Assembly (NCBI GenBank): GCA_964016885.1
Contig: OZ024742.1
Coordinates: 31,496,001 to 31,560,000 of the forward strand
DNA length: 64,000 nucleotides
From: Eledone cirrhosa
Taxonomy: Eukaryota
Direction: 5' to 3'
Part shown: positions 27,901 to 45,900 of the stretch, piece by piece
How positions within the stretch are numbered: position 1 is the first letter of the stretch
How the letters are laid out: the number at the start of each line of letters is the position of its first letter
The notes under the pieces: model-generated
Seen by the model: the letters and a program-made list of their open reading frames with translations, nothing else
What the model was told of the DNA's origin: nothing
The model's database searches: none
Position numbers and translations under genes: made by a program

Positions 27901-30900
27901 ATAAGAGAGATGTGAAGTAGATCTGACATATCTATATAACAGTAATAAGAGAGATATGAAATAGATATGACATATCTATATAACAATAATAAGAGAGGCG
28001 TGAAGTAGATATGACATATCTATATAACAGTAATAAGAGAGATATGAAATAGATATGACATATCTATATAACAATAATAAGAGAGATATGAAGTAGATAT
28101 GACATATCTATATAACAGTATTAAGAGAGATATGAGGAAAATATGACATATCTATACAACAGTAATAAGAGAGATATGAAGTAGATATGACATATCTATA
28201 TAACAATAATAAGAGAGTTATTAGGAAGATATGACATATCTATATAACAATAATAAGAGAGTTATTAAGAAAGATATGACATATCTATATAACGGTAATA
28301 AGAGAGATATGAAGTAGATATGACATAACTATATAACAATAATAAGAGAGTTATTAGGAAGATATGACATATCTATATAACAGTAATAAGAGAGATATGA
28401 AGTAGATATGACATATCTATATAACAATAATTAGAGAGATATGAAGTAGATATGACATATCTATATAACAATAATAAGAGAGTTATTAGGAAGATATGAC
28501 ATATCTATATAACAGTAATAAGAGAGATATGAAGTAGATATGACATATCTATATAACAGTAATAAGAGAGATATGAAGTAGATATGACATATCTATATAA
28601 CAATAATAAGAGAGATATGAAGTAGATATGACATATCTATATAACAGTAATAAGAGAGTTATTAGGAAGATATGATATATCTATATAACGGTAATAAGAG
28701 AGATGTGAAGTAGATCTGACATATCTATATAACAGTAATAAGAGAGATATGAAATAGATATGACATATCTATATAACAATAATAAGAGAGATGTGAAGTA
28801 GATATGACATATCTATATAACAGTAATAAGAGAGATATGAAATAGATATGACATATCTATATAACAATAATAAGAGAGATATGAAGTAGATATGACATAT
28901 CTATATAACAGTATTAAGAGAGATATGAGGAAAATATGACATATCTATACAACAGTAATAAGAGAGATATGAAGTAGATATGACATATCTATATAACAAT
29001 AATAAGAGAGTTATTAGGAAGATATGACATATCGATATAACAGTAATAAGAGAGATATGAAGTAGATATGACATATCTATATAACAGTAATAAGAGAGAT
29101 ATGAAGTAGATATGACATATCTATATAACAATAATAAGAGTTATTAGGAAGATATGACATATCTATATAACAGTAATAAGAGAGATAGGAAGTTGATATA
29201 ACATATCTATATAACAGTAATACGAGAGATATGAGGAAGATATGACATATCTATATAACAGTAATAAGAGAGATATCAAGTAGATATGACATATCTATAT
29301 AACAGTAATAAGAGAGTTATTAGGAAGATATGACATATCTATATAACGTTAATAAGAGAGATATGAAGTAGATATGACATATCTATATAACAGTAATAAG
29401 AGAGATATGTGGAAGATATGACATATCTATATAACAGTAATAAGAGAGATATGAAGTAGATATGACATATCTATATAACAATAAGAAGAAAGATATGAAG
29501 TAGATATGACATATCTATATAACAGTAATAAGAGAGATATGTGGAAAATATGACATATCTATATAACAGTAATAAGAGAGATATGAAGTAGATATGACAT
29601 ATCTATATAACAATAATATGAGAGTTATTAGGAAGATATGACATATCTATATAACAGTAATAAGAGAGATATGAAGTAGATATGACATATCTATATAACA
29701 ATAACAAGCGTTATTAGGAAGATATGACATATCTATATAACAGTAATAAGAGAGATATGAAGTAGATATGACATATCTATATAAGAGTAATAAGAGAGTT
29801 ATTAGGAAGATATGACATATCTATATAACAGTAATAAGAGGGATATGAAGTAGATATGACATATCTATATAACAGTAATAAGAGAGATATGAAGTAGATA
29901 TGACATATCATATAGCAGTAATACGAGAGATATGAAGTAGATATGACATATCTATATAACAGTAATAAGAGAGTTATTAGGAAGATATGACATATCTATA
30001 TAACAGTAATAAGAGAGTTATTAGGAAGATATGACATATCTATATAACAGTAATAAGAGAGATATGAAGTAGATATGACATATCTATATAACAATAATAA
30101 GAGAGATATGAAGTAGATATGACATATCTATATAACAGTAATAAGAGAGATATGAGGAAAATATGACATATCTATATAACAGTAATAAGAGAGTTATTAG
30201 GAAGATATGACATATCTATATAACAGTAATAAGAGAGATATGAAGTATATATGACATATCTATATAACAATAATAAGAGTTATTAGGAAGATATGACATA
30301 TCTATATAACAATAATAAGAGAGTTATTAGGAAGATATGACATATCTATATAACAATAATAAAAGAGTTATTAGGAAGATATGACATATCTATATAACAG
30401 TAATAGGAGAGATATGAAGTAGATATGACATATCTATATAACAATAATAAGAGTTATTAGGAAGATATGACATATCTATATAACAGTAATAAGAGAGATA
30501 GGAAGTTGATATAACATATCTATATAACAATAATAAGAGAGTTATTAGGAAGATATGACATATCTGTATAACAGTAATAAGAGAGATATGAAGTAGATAT
30601 GACATATCTATATAACAGTAATAAGAGAGATATGTGGAAGATATGACATATCTATATAACAATAATAAGAGAGATATGAAGTAGATATGACATATCTATA
30701 TAGCAGTAATAAGAGAGATATGAAGTAGATATGACATATCTATATAACAGTAATAAGAGAGATATGAAGTAGATATTACATATCTATATAACAATAATAA
30801 GAGAGTTATTAGGAAGATATGACATATCTATATAACAATAATAAGAGAGTTATTAAGAAAGATATGACATATCAATATAACGGTAATAAGAGAGATATGA

Positions 30901-33900
30901 AGTAGATATGACATATCTATATAACAATAATTAGAGAGATATGAAGTAGATATGACATATCTATATAACAATAATAAGAGAGTTATTAGGAAGATATGAC
31001 ATATCTATATAACAATAATAAGAGAGTTATTAGGAAGATATGACATATCTATATAACAGTAATAGGAGAGATATGAAGTAGATATGACATATCTATATAA
31101 CAATAATAAGAGTTATTAGGAAGATATGACATATCTATATAACAGTAATAAGAGAGATATGAAGTAGATATGACATATCTATATAACAGTAATAAGAGAG
31201 TTATTAGGAAGATATGACATATCTGTATAACAGTAATAAGAGAGATATGAAGTAGATATGACATATCTATATAACAGTAATAAGAGAGATATGTGGAAGA
31301 TATGACATATCTATATAACAATAATAAGAGAGATATGAAGTAGATATGACATATCTATATAGCAGTAATAAGAGAGATATGAAGTAGATATGACATATCT
31401 ATATAACAGTAATAAGAGAGATATGAAGTAGATATTACATATCTATATAACAATAATAAGAGAGTTATTAGGAAGATATGACATATCTATATAACAATAA
31501 TAAGAGAGTTATTAAGAAAGATATGACATATCTATATAACGGTAATAAGAGAGATATGAAGTAGATATGACATAACTATATAACAATAATAAGAGAGTTA
31601 TTAGGAAGATATGACATATCTATATAACAGTAATAAGAGAGATATGAAGTAGATATGACATATCTATATAACAATAATTAGAGAGATATGAAGTAGATAT
31701 GACATATCTATATAACAATAATAAGAGAGTTATTAGGAAGATATGACATATCTATATAACAGTAATAAGAGAGATATGAAGTAGATATGACATATCTATA
31801 TAACAGTAATAAGAGAGATATGAAGTAGATATGACATATCTATATAACAATAATAAGAGAGATATGAAGTAGATATGACATATCTATATAACAGTAATAA
31901 GAGAGATATTAGGAAGATATGACATATCTATATAACAATAATAAGAGAGATATGAAGTAGATATGACATATCTATATAACAGTAATAAGAGAGATATGAG
32001 GAAAATATGACATATCTATACAACAGTAATAAGAGAGATATGAAGTAGATATGACATATCTATATAACAATAATAAGAGAGTTATTAGGAAGATATGACA
32101 TATCGATATAACAGTAATAAGAGAGATATAAAGTAGATATGACATATCTATATAACAGTAATAAGAGAGATATGAAGTAGATATGACATATCTATATAAC
32201 AATAATAAGAGTTATTAGGAAGATATGACATATCTATATAACAGTAATAAGAGAGATAGGAAGTTGATATAACATATCTATATAACAGTAATACGAGAGA
32301 TATGAGGAAGATATGACATATCTATATAACAGTAATAAGAGAGATATCAAGTAGATATGACATATCTATATAACAGTAATAAGAGAGTTATTAGGAAGAT
32401 ATGACATATCTATATAACGTTAATAAGAGAGATATGAAGTAGATATGACATATCTATATACCAGTAATAAGAGAGATATGTGGAAGATATGACATATCTA
32501 TATAACAGTAATAAGAGAGATATGAAGTAGATATGACATATCTATATAACAATAATAAGAAATATATGAAGTAGATATGACATATCTATATAACAGTAAT
32601 AAGAGAGATATGAGGAAAATATGACATATCTATATAACAGTAATAAGAGAGATATGAAGTAGATATGACATATCTATATAACAATAATATGAGAGTTATT
32701 AGGAAGATATGACATATCTATATAACAGTAATAAGAGAGATATGAAGTAGATATGACATATCTATATAACAATAACAAGCGTTATTAGGAAGATATGACA
32801 TATCTATATAACAGTAATAAGAGAGATATGAAGTAGATATGACATATCTATATAAGAGTAATAAGAGAGTTATTAGGAAGATATGACATATCTATATAAC
32901 AGTAATAAGAGAGATATGAAGTAGATATGACATATCTATATAACAGTAATAAGAGCGATATGAAGTAGATATGACATATCATATAGCAGTAATACGAGAG
33001 ATATGAGGAAGATATGACATATCTATATAACAGTAATAAGAGAGATATGAAGTAGATATGACATATCTATATAACAGTAATAAGAGAGTTATTAGGAAGC
33101 TATGACATATCTATATAACGGTAATAAGTGACATATGAAGTAGATATGACATATCTATATAACAGTAATAAGAGAGATATGTGGAAGATATGACATATCT
33201 ATATAACAGTAATAAGAGAGATATGAAGTAGATATGACATATCTATATAACAATAATAAGAGAGATATGAAGTAGATATGACATATCTATATAACAGTAA
33301 TAAGAGAGATATGAGGAAAATATGACATATCTATATAACAGTAATAAGAGAGTTATTAGGAAGATATGACATATCTATATAACAGTAATAAGAGAGATAT
33401 GAAGTATATATGACATATCTATATAACAATAATAAGAGTTATTAGGAAGATATGACATATCTATATAACAGTAATAAGAGAGTTATTAGGAAGATATGAC
33501 ATATCTATAAAACGTTAATAAGTGACATATGAAGTAGATATGACATATCTATATAACAGTAATAAGAGAGATATGTGGAAGATATGACATATCTATATAA
33601 CAGTAATAAGAGAGATATGAAGTAGATATGACATATCTATATAACAGTAATAAGAGAGATATGAAGTAGATATGACATATCTATATAACAGTAATAAGAG
33701 AGATATGAGGAAAATATGACATATCTATATAACAGTAATAAGAGAGTTATTAGGAAGATATGACATATCTATATGACAGTAATAAGAGAGATATGAAGTA
33801 TATATGACATATCTATATAACAATAATAAGAGTTATTAGGAAGATATGACATATCTATATAACAATAATAAGAGAGTTATTAGGAAGATATGACATATCT

Positions 33901-36900
33901 ATATAACAATAATAAGAGAGTTATTAGGAAGATATGACATATCTATATAACAGTAATAGGAGAGATATGAAGTAGATATGACATATCTATATAACAATAA
34001 TAAGAGTTATTAGGAAGATATGACATATCTATATAACAGTAATAAGAGAGATATGAAGTAGATATGACATATCTATATAACAGTAATAAGAGAGTTATTA
34101 GGAAGATATGACATATCTGTATAACAGTAATAAGAGAGATATGAAGTAGATATGACATATCTATATAACAGTAATAAGAGAGATATGTGGAAGATATGAC
34201 ATATCTATATAACAATAATAAGAGAGATATGAAGTAGATATGACATATCTATATAGCAGTAATAAGAGAGATATGAAGTAGATATGACATATCTATATAA
34301 CAGTAATAAGAGAGATATGAAGTAGATATTACATATCTATATAACAATAATAAGAGAGTTATTAGGAAGATATGACATATCTATATAACAATAATAAGAG
34401 AGTTATTAAGAAAGATATGACATATCTATATAACGGTAATAAGAGAGATATGAAGTAGATATGACATATCTATATAACAATAATTAGAGAGATATGAAGT
34501 AGATATGACATATCTATATAACAATAATAAGAGAGTTATTAGGAAGATATGACATATCTATATAACAGTAATAAGAGAAATATGAAGTAGATATGACATA
34601 TCTATATAACAGTAATAAGAGAGATATGAAGTAGATATGACATATCTATATAACAATAATAAGAGAGATATGAAGTAGATATGACATATCTATATAACAG
34701 TAATAAGAGAGTTATTAGGAAGATATGACATCTATATAACGGTAATAAGAGAGATGTGAAGTAGATCTGACATATCTATATAACAGTAATAAGAGAGATA
34801 TGAAATAGATATGACATATCTATATAACAATAATAAGAGAGATGTGAAGTAGATATGACATATCTATATAACAGTAATAAGAGAGATATGAAATAGATAT
34901 GACATATCTATATAACAATAATAAGAGAGATATGAAGTAGATATGACATATCTATATAACAGTAATAAGAGAGATATGAGGAAAATATGACATATCTATA
35001 CAACAGTAATAAGAGAGATATGAAGTAGATATGACATATCTATATAACAATAATAAGAGAGTTATTAGGAAGATATGACATATCGATATAACAGTAATAA
35101 GAGACATATGAAGTAGATATGACATATCTATATAACAGTAATAAGAGAGATATGAAGTAGATATGACATATCTATATAACAATAATAAGAGTTATTAGGA
35201 AGATATGACATATCTATATAACAGTAATAAGAGAGATAGGAAGTTGATATAACATATCTATATAACAGTAATACGAGAGATATGAGGAAGATATGACATA
35301 TCTATATAACAGTAATAAGAGAGATATCAAGTAGATATGACATATCTATATAACAGTAATAAGAGAGTTATTAGGAAGATATGACATATCTATATAACGT
35401 TAATAAGAGAGATATGAAGTAGATATGACATATCTATATACCAGTAATAAGAGAGATATGTGGAAGATATGACATATCTATATAACAGTAATAAGAGAGA
35501 TATGACATATCTATATAACAATAATAAGAAAGATATGAAGTAGATATGACATATCTATATAACAGTAATAAGAGAGATATGAGGAAAATATGACATATCT
35601 ATATAACAGTAATAAGAGAGATATGAAGTAGATATGACATATCTATATAACAATAATATGAGAGTTATTAGGAAGATATGACATATCTATATAACAGTAA
35701 TAAGAGAGATATGAAGTAGATATGACATATCTATATAACAATAACAAGCGTTATTAGGAAGATATGACATATCTATATAACAGTAATAAGAGAGATATGA
35801 AGTAGATATGACATATCTATATAAGAGTAATAAGAGAGTTATTAGGAAGATATGACATATCTATATAACAGTAATAAGAGAGATATGAAGTAGATATGAC
35901 ATATCTATATAACAGTAATAAGAGCGATATGAAGTAGATATGACATATCATATAGCAGTAATACGAGAGATATGAGGAAGATATGACATATCTATATAAC
36001 AGTAATAAGAGAGATATGAAGTAGATATGACATATCTATATAACAGTAATAAGAGAGTTATTAGGAAGATATGACATATCTATATAACGGTAATAAGTGA
36101 CATATGAAGTAGATATGACATATCTATATAACAGTAATAAGAGAGATATGTGGAAGATATGACATATCTATATAACAGTAATAAGAGAGATATGAAGTAG
36201 ATATGACATATCTATATAACAATAATAAGAGAGATATGAAGTAGATATGACATATCTATATAACAGTAATAAGAGAGATATGAGGAAAATATGACATATC
36301 TATATAACAGTAATAAGAGAGTTATTAGGAAGATATGACATATCTATATAACAGTAATAAGAGAGATATGAAGTATATATGACATATCTATATAACAATA
36401 ATAAGAGTTATTAGGAAGATATGACATATCTATATAACAGTAATAAGAGAGATATGAAGTAGATATGACATATCTATATAACAGTAATAAGAGAGTTATT
36501 AGTAAGATATGACATATCTATATAACAGTAATAAGAGAGATATGAAGTAGATATGACATATCTATATAACAGTAATAAGAGAGATATGTGGAAGATATGA
36601 CATATCTATATAACAATAATAAGAGAGATATGAAGTAGATATGACATATCTATATAGCAGTAATAAGAGAGATATGAAGTAGATATGACATATCTATATA
36701 ACAGTAATAAGAGAGATATGAAGTAGATATTACATATCTATATAACAATAATAAGAGAGTTATTAGGAAGATATGACATATCTATATAACAATAATAAGA
36801 GAGTTATTAAGAAAGATATGACATATCTATATAACTGTAATAAGAGAGATATGAAGTAGATATGACATAACTATATAACAATAATAAGAGAGTTTTTAGG

Positions 36901-39900
36901 AAGATATGACATATCTATATAACAGTAATAAGAGAGATATGAAGTAGATATGACATATCTATATAACAGTAATAAGAGAGATATGAAGTAGATATAACAT
37001 ATCTATATAACAATAATAAGAGAGTTATTAGGAAGATATGACATATCTATATAACAGTAATAAGAGAGATATGAAGTAGATATGACATATCTATATAACA
37101 GTAATAAGAGAGTTATTAGGAAGATATGACATATCTATATAACGGTAATAAGAGAGATGTGAAGTAGATCTGACATATCTATATAACAGTAATAAGAGAG
37201 ATATGAAATAGATATGACATATCTATATAACAATAATAAGAGAGATGTGAAGTAGATATGACATATCTATATAACAGTAATAAGAGAGATATGAAATAGA
37301 TATGACATATCTATATAACAATAATAAGAGAGATATGAAGTAGATATGACATATCTATATAACAGTAATAAGAGAGATATGAGGAAAATATGACATATCT
37401 ATATAACAGTAATAAGAGAGATATGAAGTAGATATGACATATCTATATAACAATAATAAGAGAGTTATTAGGAAGATATGACATATCGATATAACAGTAA
37501 TAAGAGAGATATGAAGTAGATATGACATATCTATATAACAGTAATAAGAGAGATATGAAGTAGATATGACATATCTATATAACAATAATAAGAGAGTTAT
37601 TAGGAAGATATGACATATCTATATAACAGTAATAAGATAGATAGGAAGTTGATATAACATATCTATATAACAGTAATACGAGAGATATGAGGAAGATATG
37701 ACATATCTATATAACAGTAATAAGAGAGATATCACATAGATATGACATATCTATATAACAGTAATAAGAGAGTTATTAGGAAGATATGACATATCTATAT
37801 AACGTTAATAAGAGAGATATGAAGTAGATATGACATATCTATATAACAGTAATAAGAGAGATATGTGGAAGATATGACATATCTATATAACAGTAATAAG
37901 AGAGATATGAAGTAGATATGACATATCTATATAACAATTATAAGAAAGATATGAAGTAGATATGACATATCTATATAACAGTAATAAGAGAGATATGAGG
38001 AAAATATGACATATCTATATAACAGTAATAAGAGAGATATGAAGTAGATATGACATATCTATATAACAATAATATGAGAGTTATTAGGAAGATATGACAT
38101 ATCTATATAACAGTAATAAGAGAGATATGAAGTAGATATGACATATCTATATAACAATAACAAGCGTTATTAGGAAGATATGACATATCTATATAACAGT
38201 AATAAGAGAGATATGAAGTAGATATGACATATCTATATAAGAGTAATAAGAGAGTTATTAGGAAGATATGACATATCTATATAACAGTAATAAGAGAGAT
38301 ATGAAGTAGATATGACATATCTATATAACAGTAATAAGAGACATATGAAGTAGATATGACATATCATATAGCAGTAATACGAGAGATATGAGCAAGATAT
38401 GACATATCTATATAACAGTAATAAGAGAGATATGAAATAGATATGACATATCTATATAACAGTAATAAGAGAGTTATTAGGAAGATATGACATATCTATA
38501 TAACGGTAATAAGTGACATATGAAGTAGATATGACATATCTATATAACAGTAATAAGAGAGATATGTGGAAGATATGACATATCTATATAACAGTAATAA
38601 GAGAGATATGAAGTAGATATGACATATGTATATAACAATAATAAGAGAGATATGAAGTAGATAAGACATATCTATATAACAGTAATAAGAGAGATATGAG
38701 GAAAATATGACATATCTATATAACAGTAATAAGAGAAATATGAAGTAGATATGACATATCTATATAACAGTAATAAGAGAGATATGAAGTAGATATGACA
38801 TATCTATATAACAATAATAAGAGAGATATGAAGTAGATATGACATATCTATATAACAGTAATAAGAGAGTTATTAGGAAGATATGACATCTATATAACGG
38901 TAATAAGAGAGATGTGAAGTAGATCTGACATATCTATATAACAGTAATAAGAGAGATATGAAATAGATATGACATATCTATATAACAATAATAAGAGAGA
39001 TGTGAAGTAGATATGACATATCTATATAACAGTAATAAGAGAGATATGAAATAGATATGACATATCTATATAACAATAATAAGAGAGATATGAAGTAGAT
39101 ATGACATATCTATATAACAGTAATAAGAGAGATATGAGGAAAATATGACATATCTATACAACAGTAATAAGAGAGATATGAAGTAGATATGACATATCTA
39201 TATAACAATAATAAGAGAGTTATTAGGAAGATATGACATATCGATATAACAGTAATAAGAGACATATGAAGTAGATATGACATATCTATATAACAGTAAT
39301 AAGAGAGATATGAAGAAGATATGACATATCTATATAACAATAATAAGAGTTATTAGGAAGATATGACATATCTATATAACAGTAATAAGAGAGATAGGAA
39401 GTTGATATAACATATCTATATAACAGTAATACGAGAGATATGAGGAAGATATGACATATCTATATAACAGTAATAAGAGAGATATCAAGTAGATATGACA
39501 TATCTATATAACAGTAATAAGAGAGTTATTAGGAAGATATGACATATCTATATAACGTTAATAAGAGAGATATGAAGTAGATATGACATATCTATATACC
39601 AGTAATAAGAGAGATATGTGGAAGATATGACATATCTATATAACAGTAATAAGAGAGATATGACATATCTATATAACAATAATAAGAAAGATATGAAGTA
39701 GATATGACATATCTATATAACAGTAATAAGAGAGATATGAGGAAAATATGACATATCTATATAACAGTAATAAGAGAGATATGAAGTAGATATGACATAT
39801 CTATATAACAATAATATGAGAGTTATTAGGAAGATATGACATATCTATATAACAGTAATAAGAGAGATATGAAGTAGATATGACATATCTATATAACAGT

Positions 39901-42900
39901 AATAAGAGAGTTATTAGGAAGATATGACATATCTATATAACGGTAATAAGAGAGATGTGAAGTAGATCTGACATATCTATATAACAGTAATAAGAGAGAT
40001 ATGAAATAGATATGACATATCTATATAACAATAATAAGAGAGATGTGAAGTAGATATGACATATCTATATAACAGTAATAAGAGAGATATGAAATAGATA
40101 TGACATATCTATATAACAATAATAAGAGAGATATGAAGTAGATATGACATATCTATATAACAGTAATAAGAGAGATATGAGGAAAATATGACATATCTAT
40201 ATAACAGTAATAAGAGAGATATGAAGTAGATATGACATATCTATATAACAATAATAAGAGAGTTATTAGGAAGATATGACATATCGATATAACAGTAATA
40301 AGAGAGATATGAAGTAGATATGACATATCTATATAACAGTAATAAGAGAGATATGAAGTAGATATGACATATCTATATAACAATAATAAGAGAGTTATTA
40401 GGAAGATATGACATATCTATATAACAGTAATAAGATAGATAGGAAGTTGATATAACATATCTATATAACAGTAATACGAGAGATATGAGGAAGATATGAC
40501 ATATCTATATAACAGTAATAAGAGAGATATCACATAGATATGACATATCTATATAACAGTAATAAGAGAGTTATTAGGAAGATATGACATATCTATATAA
40601 CGTTAATAAGAGAGATATGAAGTAGATATGACATATCTATATAACAGTAATAAGAGAGATATGTGGAAGATATGACATATCTATATAACAGTAATAAGAG
40701 AGATATGAAGTAGATATGACATATCTATATAACAATTATAAGAAAGATATGAAGTAGATATGACATATCTATATAACAGTAATAAGAGAGATATGAGGAA
40801 AATATGACATATCTATATAACAGTAATAAGAGAGATATGAAGTAGATATGACATATCTATATAACAATAATATGAGAGTTATTAGGAAGATATGACATAT
40901 CTATATAACAGTAATAAGAGAGATATGAAGTAGATATGACATATCTATATAACAATAACAAGCGTTATTAGGAAGATATGACATATCTATATAACAGTAA
41001 TAAGAGAGATATGAAGTAGATATGACATATCTATATAAGAGTAATAAGAGAGTTATTAGGAAGATATGACATATCTATATAACAGTAATAAGAGAGATAT
41101 GAAGTAGATATGACATATCTATATAACAGTAATAAGAGAGATATGAAGTAGATATGACATATCTATATAACAATAATAAGAGTTATTAGGAAGATATGAC
41201 ATATCTATATAACAGTAATAAGAGAGATAGGAAGTTGATATAACATATCTATATAACAGTAATACGAGAGATATGAGGAAGATATGACATATCTATATAA
41301 CAGTAATAAGAGAGATATCAAGTAGATATGACATATCTATATAACAGTAATAAGAGAGTTATTAGGAAGATATGACATATCTATATAACGTTAATAAGAG
41401 AGATATGAAGTAGATATGACATATCTATATACCAGTAATAAGAGAGATATGTGGAAGATATGACATATCTATATAACAGTAATAAGAGAGATATGACATA
41501 TCTATATAACAATAATAAGAAAGATATGAAGTAGATATGACATATCTATATAACAGTAATAAGAGAGATATGAGGAAAATATGACATATCTATATAACAG
41601 TAATAAGAGAGATATGAAGTAGATATGACATATCTATATAACAATAATATGAGAGTTATTAGGAAGATATGACATATCTATATAACAGTAATAAGAGAGA
41701 TATGAAGTAGATATGACATATCTATATAACAATAACAAGCGTTATTAGGAAGATATGACATATCTATATAACAGTAATAAGAGAGATATGAAGTAGATAT
41801 GACATATCTATATAAGAGTAATAAGAGAGTTATTAGGAAGATATGACATATCTATATAACAGTAATAAGAGAGATATGAAGTAGATATGACATATCTATA
41901 TAACAGTAATAAGAGCGATATGAAGTAGATATGACATATCATATAGCAGTAATACGAGAGATATGAGGAAGATATGACATATCTATATAACAGTAATAAG
42001 AGAGATATGAAGTAGATATGACATATCTATATAACAGTAATAAGAGAGTTATTAGGAAGATATGACATATCTATATAACGGTAATAAGTGACATATGAAG
42101 TAGATATGACATATCTATATAACAGTAATAAGAGAGATATGTGGAAGATATGACATATCTATATAACAGTAATAAGAGAGATATGAAGTAGATATGACAT
42201 ATCTATATAACAATAATAAGAGAGATATGAAGTAGATATGACATATCTATATAACAGTAATAAGAGAGATATGAGGAAAATATGACATATCTATATAACA
42301 GTAATAAGAGAGTTATTAGGAAGATATGACATATCTATATAACAGTAATAAGAGAGATATGAAGTATATATGACATATCTATATAACAATAATAAGAGTT
42401 ATTAGGAAGATATGACATATCTATATAACAGTAATAAGAGAGATATGAAGTAGATATGACATATCTATATAACAGTAATAAGAGAGTTATTAGTAAGATA
42501 TGACATATCTATATAACAGTAATAAGAGAGATATGAAGTAGATATGACATATCTATATAACAGTAATAAGAGAGATATGTGGAAGATATGACATATCTAT
42601 ATAACAATAATAAGAGAGATATGAAGTAGATATGACATATCTATATAGCAGTAATAAGAGAGATATGAAGTAGATATGACATATCTATATAACAGTAATA
42701 AGAGAGATATGAAGTAGATATTACATATCTATATAACAATAATAAGAGAGTTATTAGGAAGATATGACATATCTATATAACAATAATAAGAGAGTTATTA
42801 AGAAAGATATGACATATCTATATAACTGTAATAAGAGAGATATGAAGTAGATATGACATAACTATATAACAATAATAAGAGAGTTTTTAGGAAGATATGA

Positions 42901-45900
42901 CATATCTATATAACAGTAATAAGAGAGATATGAAGTAGATATGACATATCTATATAACAGTAATAAGAGAGATATGAAGTAGATATAACATATCTATATA
43001 ACAATAATAAGAGAGTTATTAGGAAGATATGACATATCTATATAACAGTAATAAGAGAGATATGAAGTAGATATGACATATCTATATAACAGTAATAAGA
43101 GAGTTATTAGGAAGATATGACATATCTATATAACGGTAATAAGAGAGATGTGAAGTAGATCTGACATATCTATATAACAGTAATAAGAGAGATATGAAAT
43201 AGATATGACATATCTATATAACAATAATAAGAGAGATGTGAAGTAGATATGACATATCTATATAACAGTAATAAGAGAGATATGAAATAGATATGACATA
43301 TCTATATAACAATAATAAGAGAGATATGAAGTAGATATGACATATCTATATAACAGTAATAAGAGAGATATGAGGAAAATATGACATATCTATATAACAG
43401 TAATAAGAGAGATATGAAGTAGATATGACATATCTATATAACAATAATAAGAGAGTTATTAGGAAGATATGACATATCGATATAACAGTAATAAGAGAGA
43501 TATGAAGTAGATATGACATATCTATATAACAGTAATAAGAGAGATATGAAGTAGATATGACATATCTATATAACAATAATAAGAGAGTTATTAGGAAGAT
43601 ATGACATATCTATATAACAGTAATAAGATAGATAGGAAGTTGATATAACATATCTATATAACAGTAATACGAGAGATATGAGGAAGATATGACATATCTA
43701 TATAACAGTAATAAGAGAGATATCACATAGATATGACATATCTATATAACAGTAATAAGAGAGTTATTAGGAAGATATGACATATCTATATAACGTTAAT
43801 AAGAGAGATATGAAGTAGATATGACATATCTATATAACAGTAATAAGAGAGATATGTGGAAGATATGACATATCTATATAACAGTAATAAGAGAGATATG
43901 AAGTAGATATGACATATCTATATAACAATTATAAGAAAGATATGAAGTAGATATGACATATCTATATAACAGTAATAAGAGAGATATGAGGAAAATATGA
44001 CATATCTATATAACAGTAATAAGAGAGATATGAAGTAGATATGACATATCTATATAACAATAATATGAGAGTTATTAGGAAGATATGACATATCTATATA
44101 ACAGTAATAAGAGAGATATGAAGTAGATATGACATATCTATATAACAATAACAAGCGTTATTAGGAAGATATGACATATCTATATAACAGTAATAAGAGA
44201 GATATGAAGTAGATATGACATATCTATATAAGAGTAATAAGAGAGTTATTAGGAAGATATGACATATCTATATAACAGTAATAAGAGAGATATGAAGTAG
44301 ATATGACATATCTATATAACAGTAATAAGAGACATATGAAGTAGATATGACATATCATATAGCAGTAATACGAGAGATATGAGCAAGATATGACATATCT
44401 ATATAACAGTAATAAGAGAGATATGAAATAGATATGACATATCTATATAACAGTAATAAGAGAGTTATTAGGAAGATATGACATATCTATATAACGGTAA
44501 TAAGTGACATATGAAGTAGATATGACATATCTATATAACAGTAATAAGAGAGATATGTGGAAGATATGACATATCTATATAACAGTAATAAGAGAGATAT
44601 GAAGTAGATATGACATATGTATATAACAATAATAAGAGAGATATGAAGTAGATAAGACATATCTATATAACAGTAATAAGAGAGATATGAGGAAAATATG
44701 ACATATCTATATAACAGTAATAAGAGAAATATGAAGTAGATATGACATATCTATATAACAGTAATAAGAGAGATATGAAGTAGATATGACATATCTATAT
44801 AACAATAATAAGAGAGATATGAAGTAGATATGACATATCTATATAACAGTAATAAGAGAGTTATTAGGAAGATATGACATCTATATAACGGTAATAAGAG
44901 AGATGTGAAGTAGATCTGACATATCTATATAACAGTAATAAGAGAGATATGAAATAGATATGACATATCTATATAACAATAATAAGAGAGATGTGAAGTA
45001 GATATGACATATCTATATAACAGTAATAAGAGAGATATGAAATAGATATGACATATCTATATAACAATAATAAGAGAGATATGAAGTAGATATGACATAT
45101 CTATATAACAGTAATAAGAGAGATATGAGGAAAATATGACATATCTATACAACAGTAATAAGAGAGATATGAAGTAGATATGACATATCTATATAACAAT
45201 AATAAGAGAGTTATTAGGAAGATATGACATATCGATATAACAGTAATAAGAGACATATGAAGTAGATATGACATATCTATATAACAGTAATAAGAGAGAT
45301 ATGAAGTAGATATGACATATCTATATAACAATAATAAGAGTTATTAGGAAGATATGACATATCTATATAACAGTAATAAGAGAGATAGGAAGTTGATATA
45401 ACATATCTATATAACAGTAATACGAGAGATATGAGGAAGATATGACATATCTATATAACAGTAATAAGAGAGATATCAAGTAGATATGACATATCTATAT
45501 AACAGTAATAAGAGAGTTATTAGGAAGATATGACATATCTATATAACGTTAATAAGAGAGATATGAAGTAGATATGACATATCTATATACCAGTAATAAG
45601 AGAGATATGTGGAAGATATGACATATCTATATAACAGTAATAAGAGAGATATGACATATCTATATAACAATAATAAGAAAGATATGAAGTAGATATGACA
45701 TATCTATATAACAGTAATAAGAGAGATATGAGGAAAATATGACATATCTATATAACAGTAATAAGAGAGATATGAAGTAGATATGACATATCTATATAAC
45801 AATAATATGAGAGTTATTAGGAAGATATGACATATCTATATAACAGTAATAAGAGAGATATGAAGTAGATATGACATATCTATATAACAATAACAAGCGT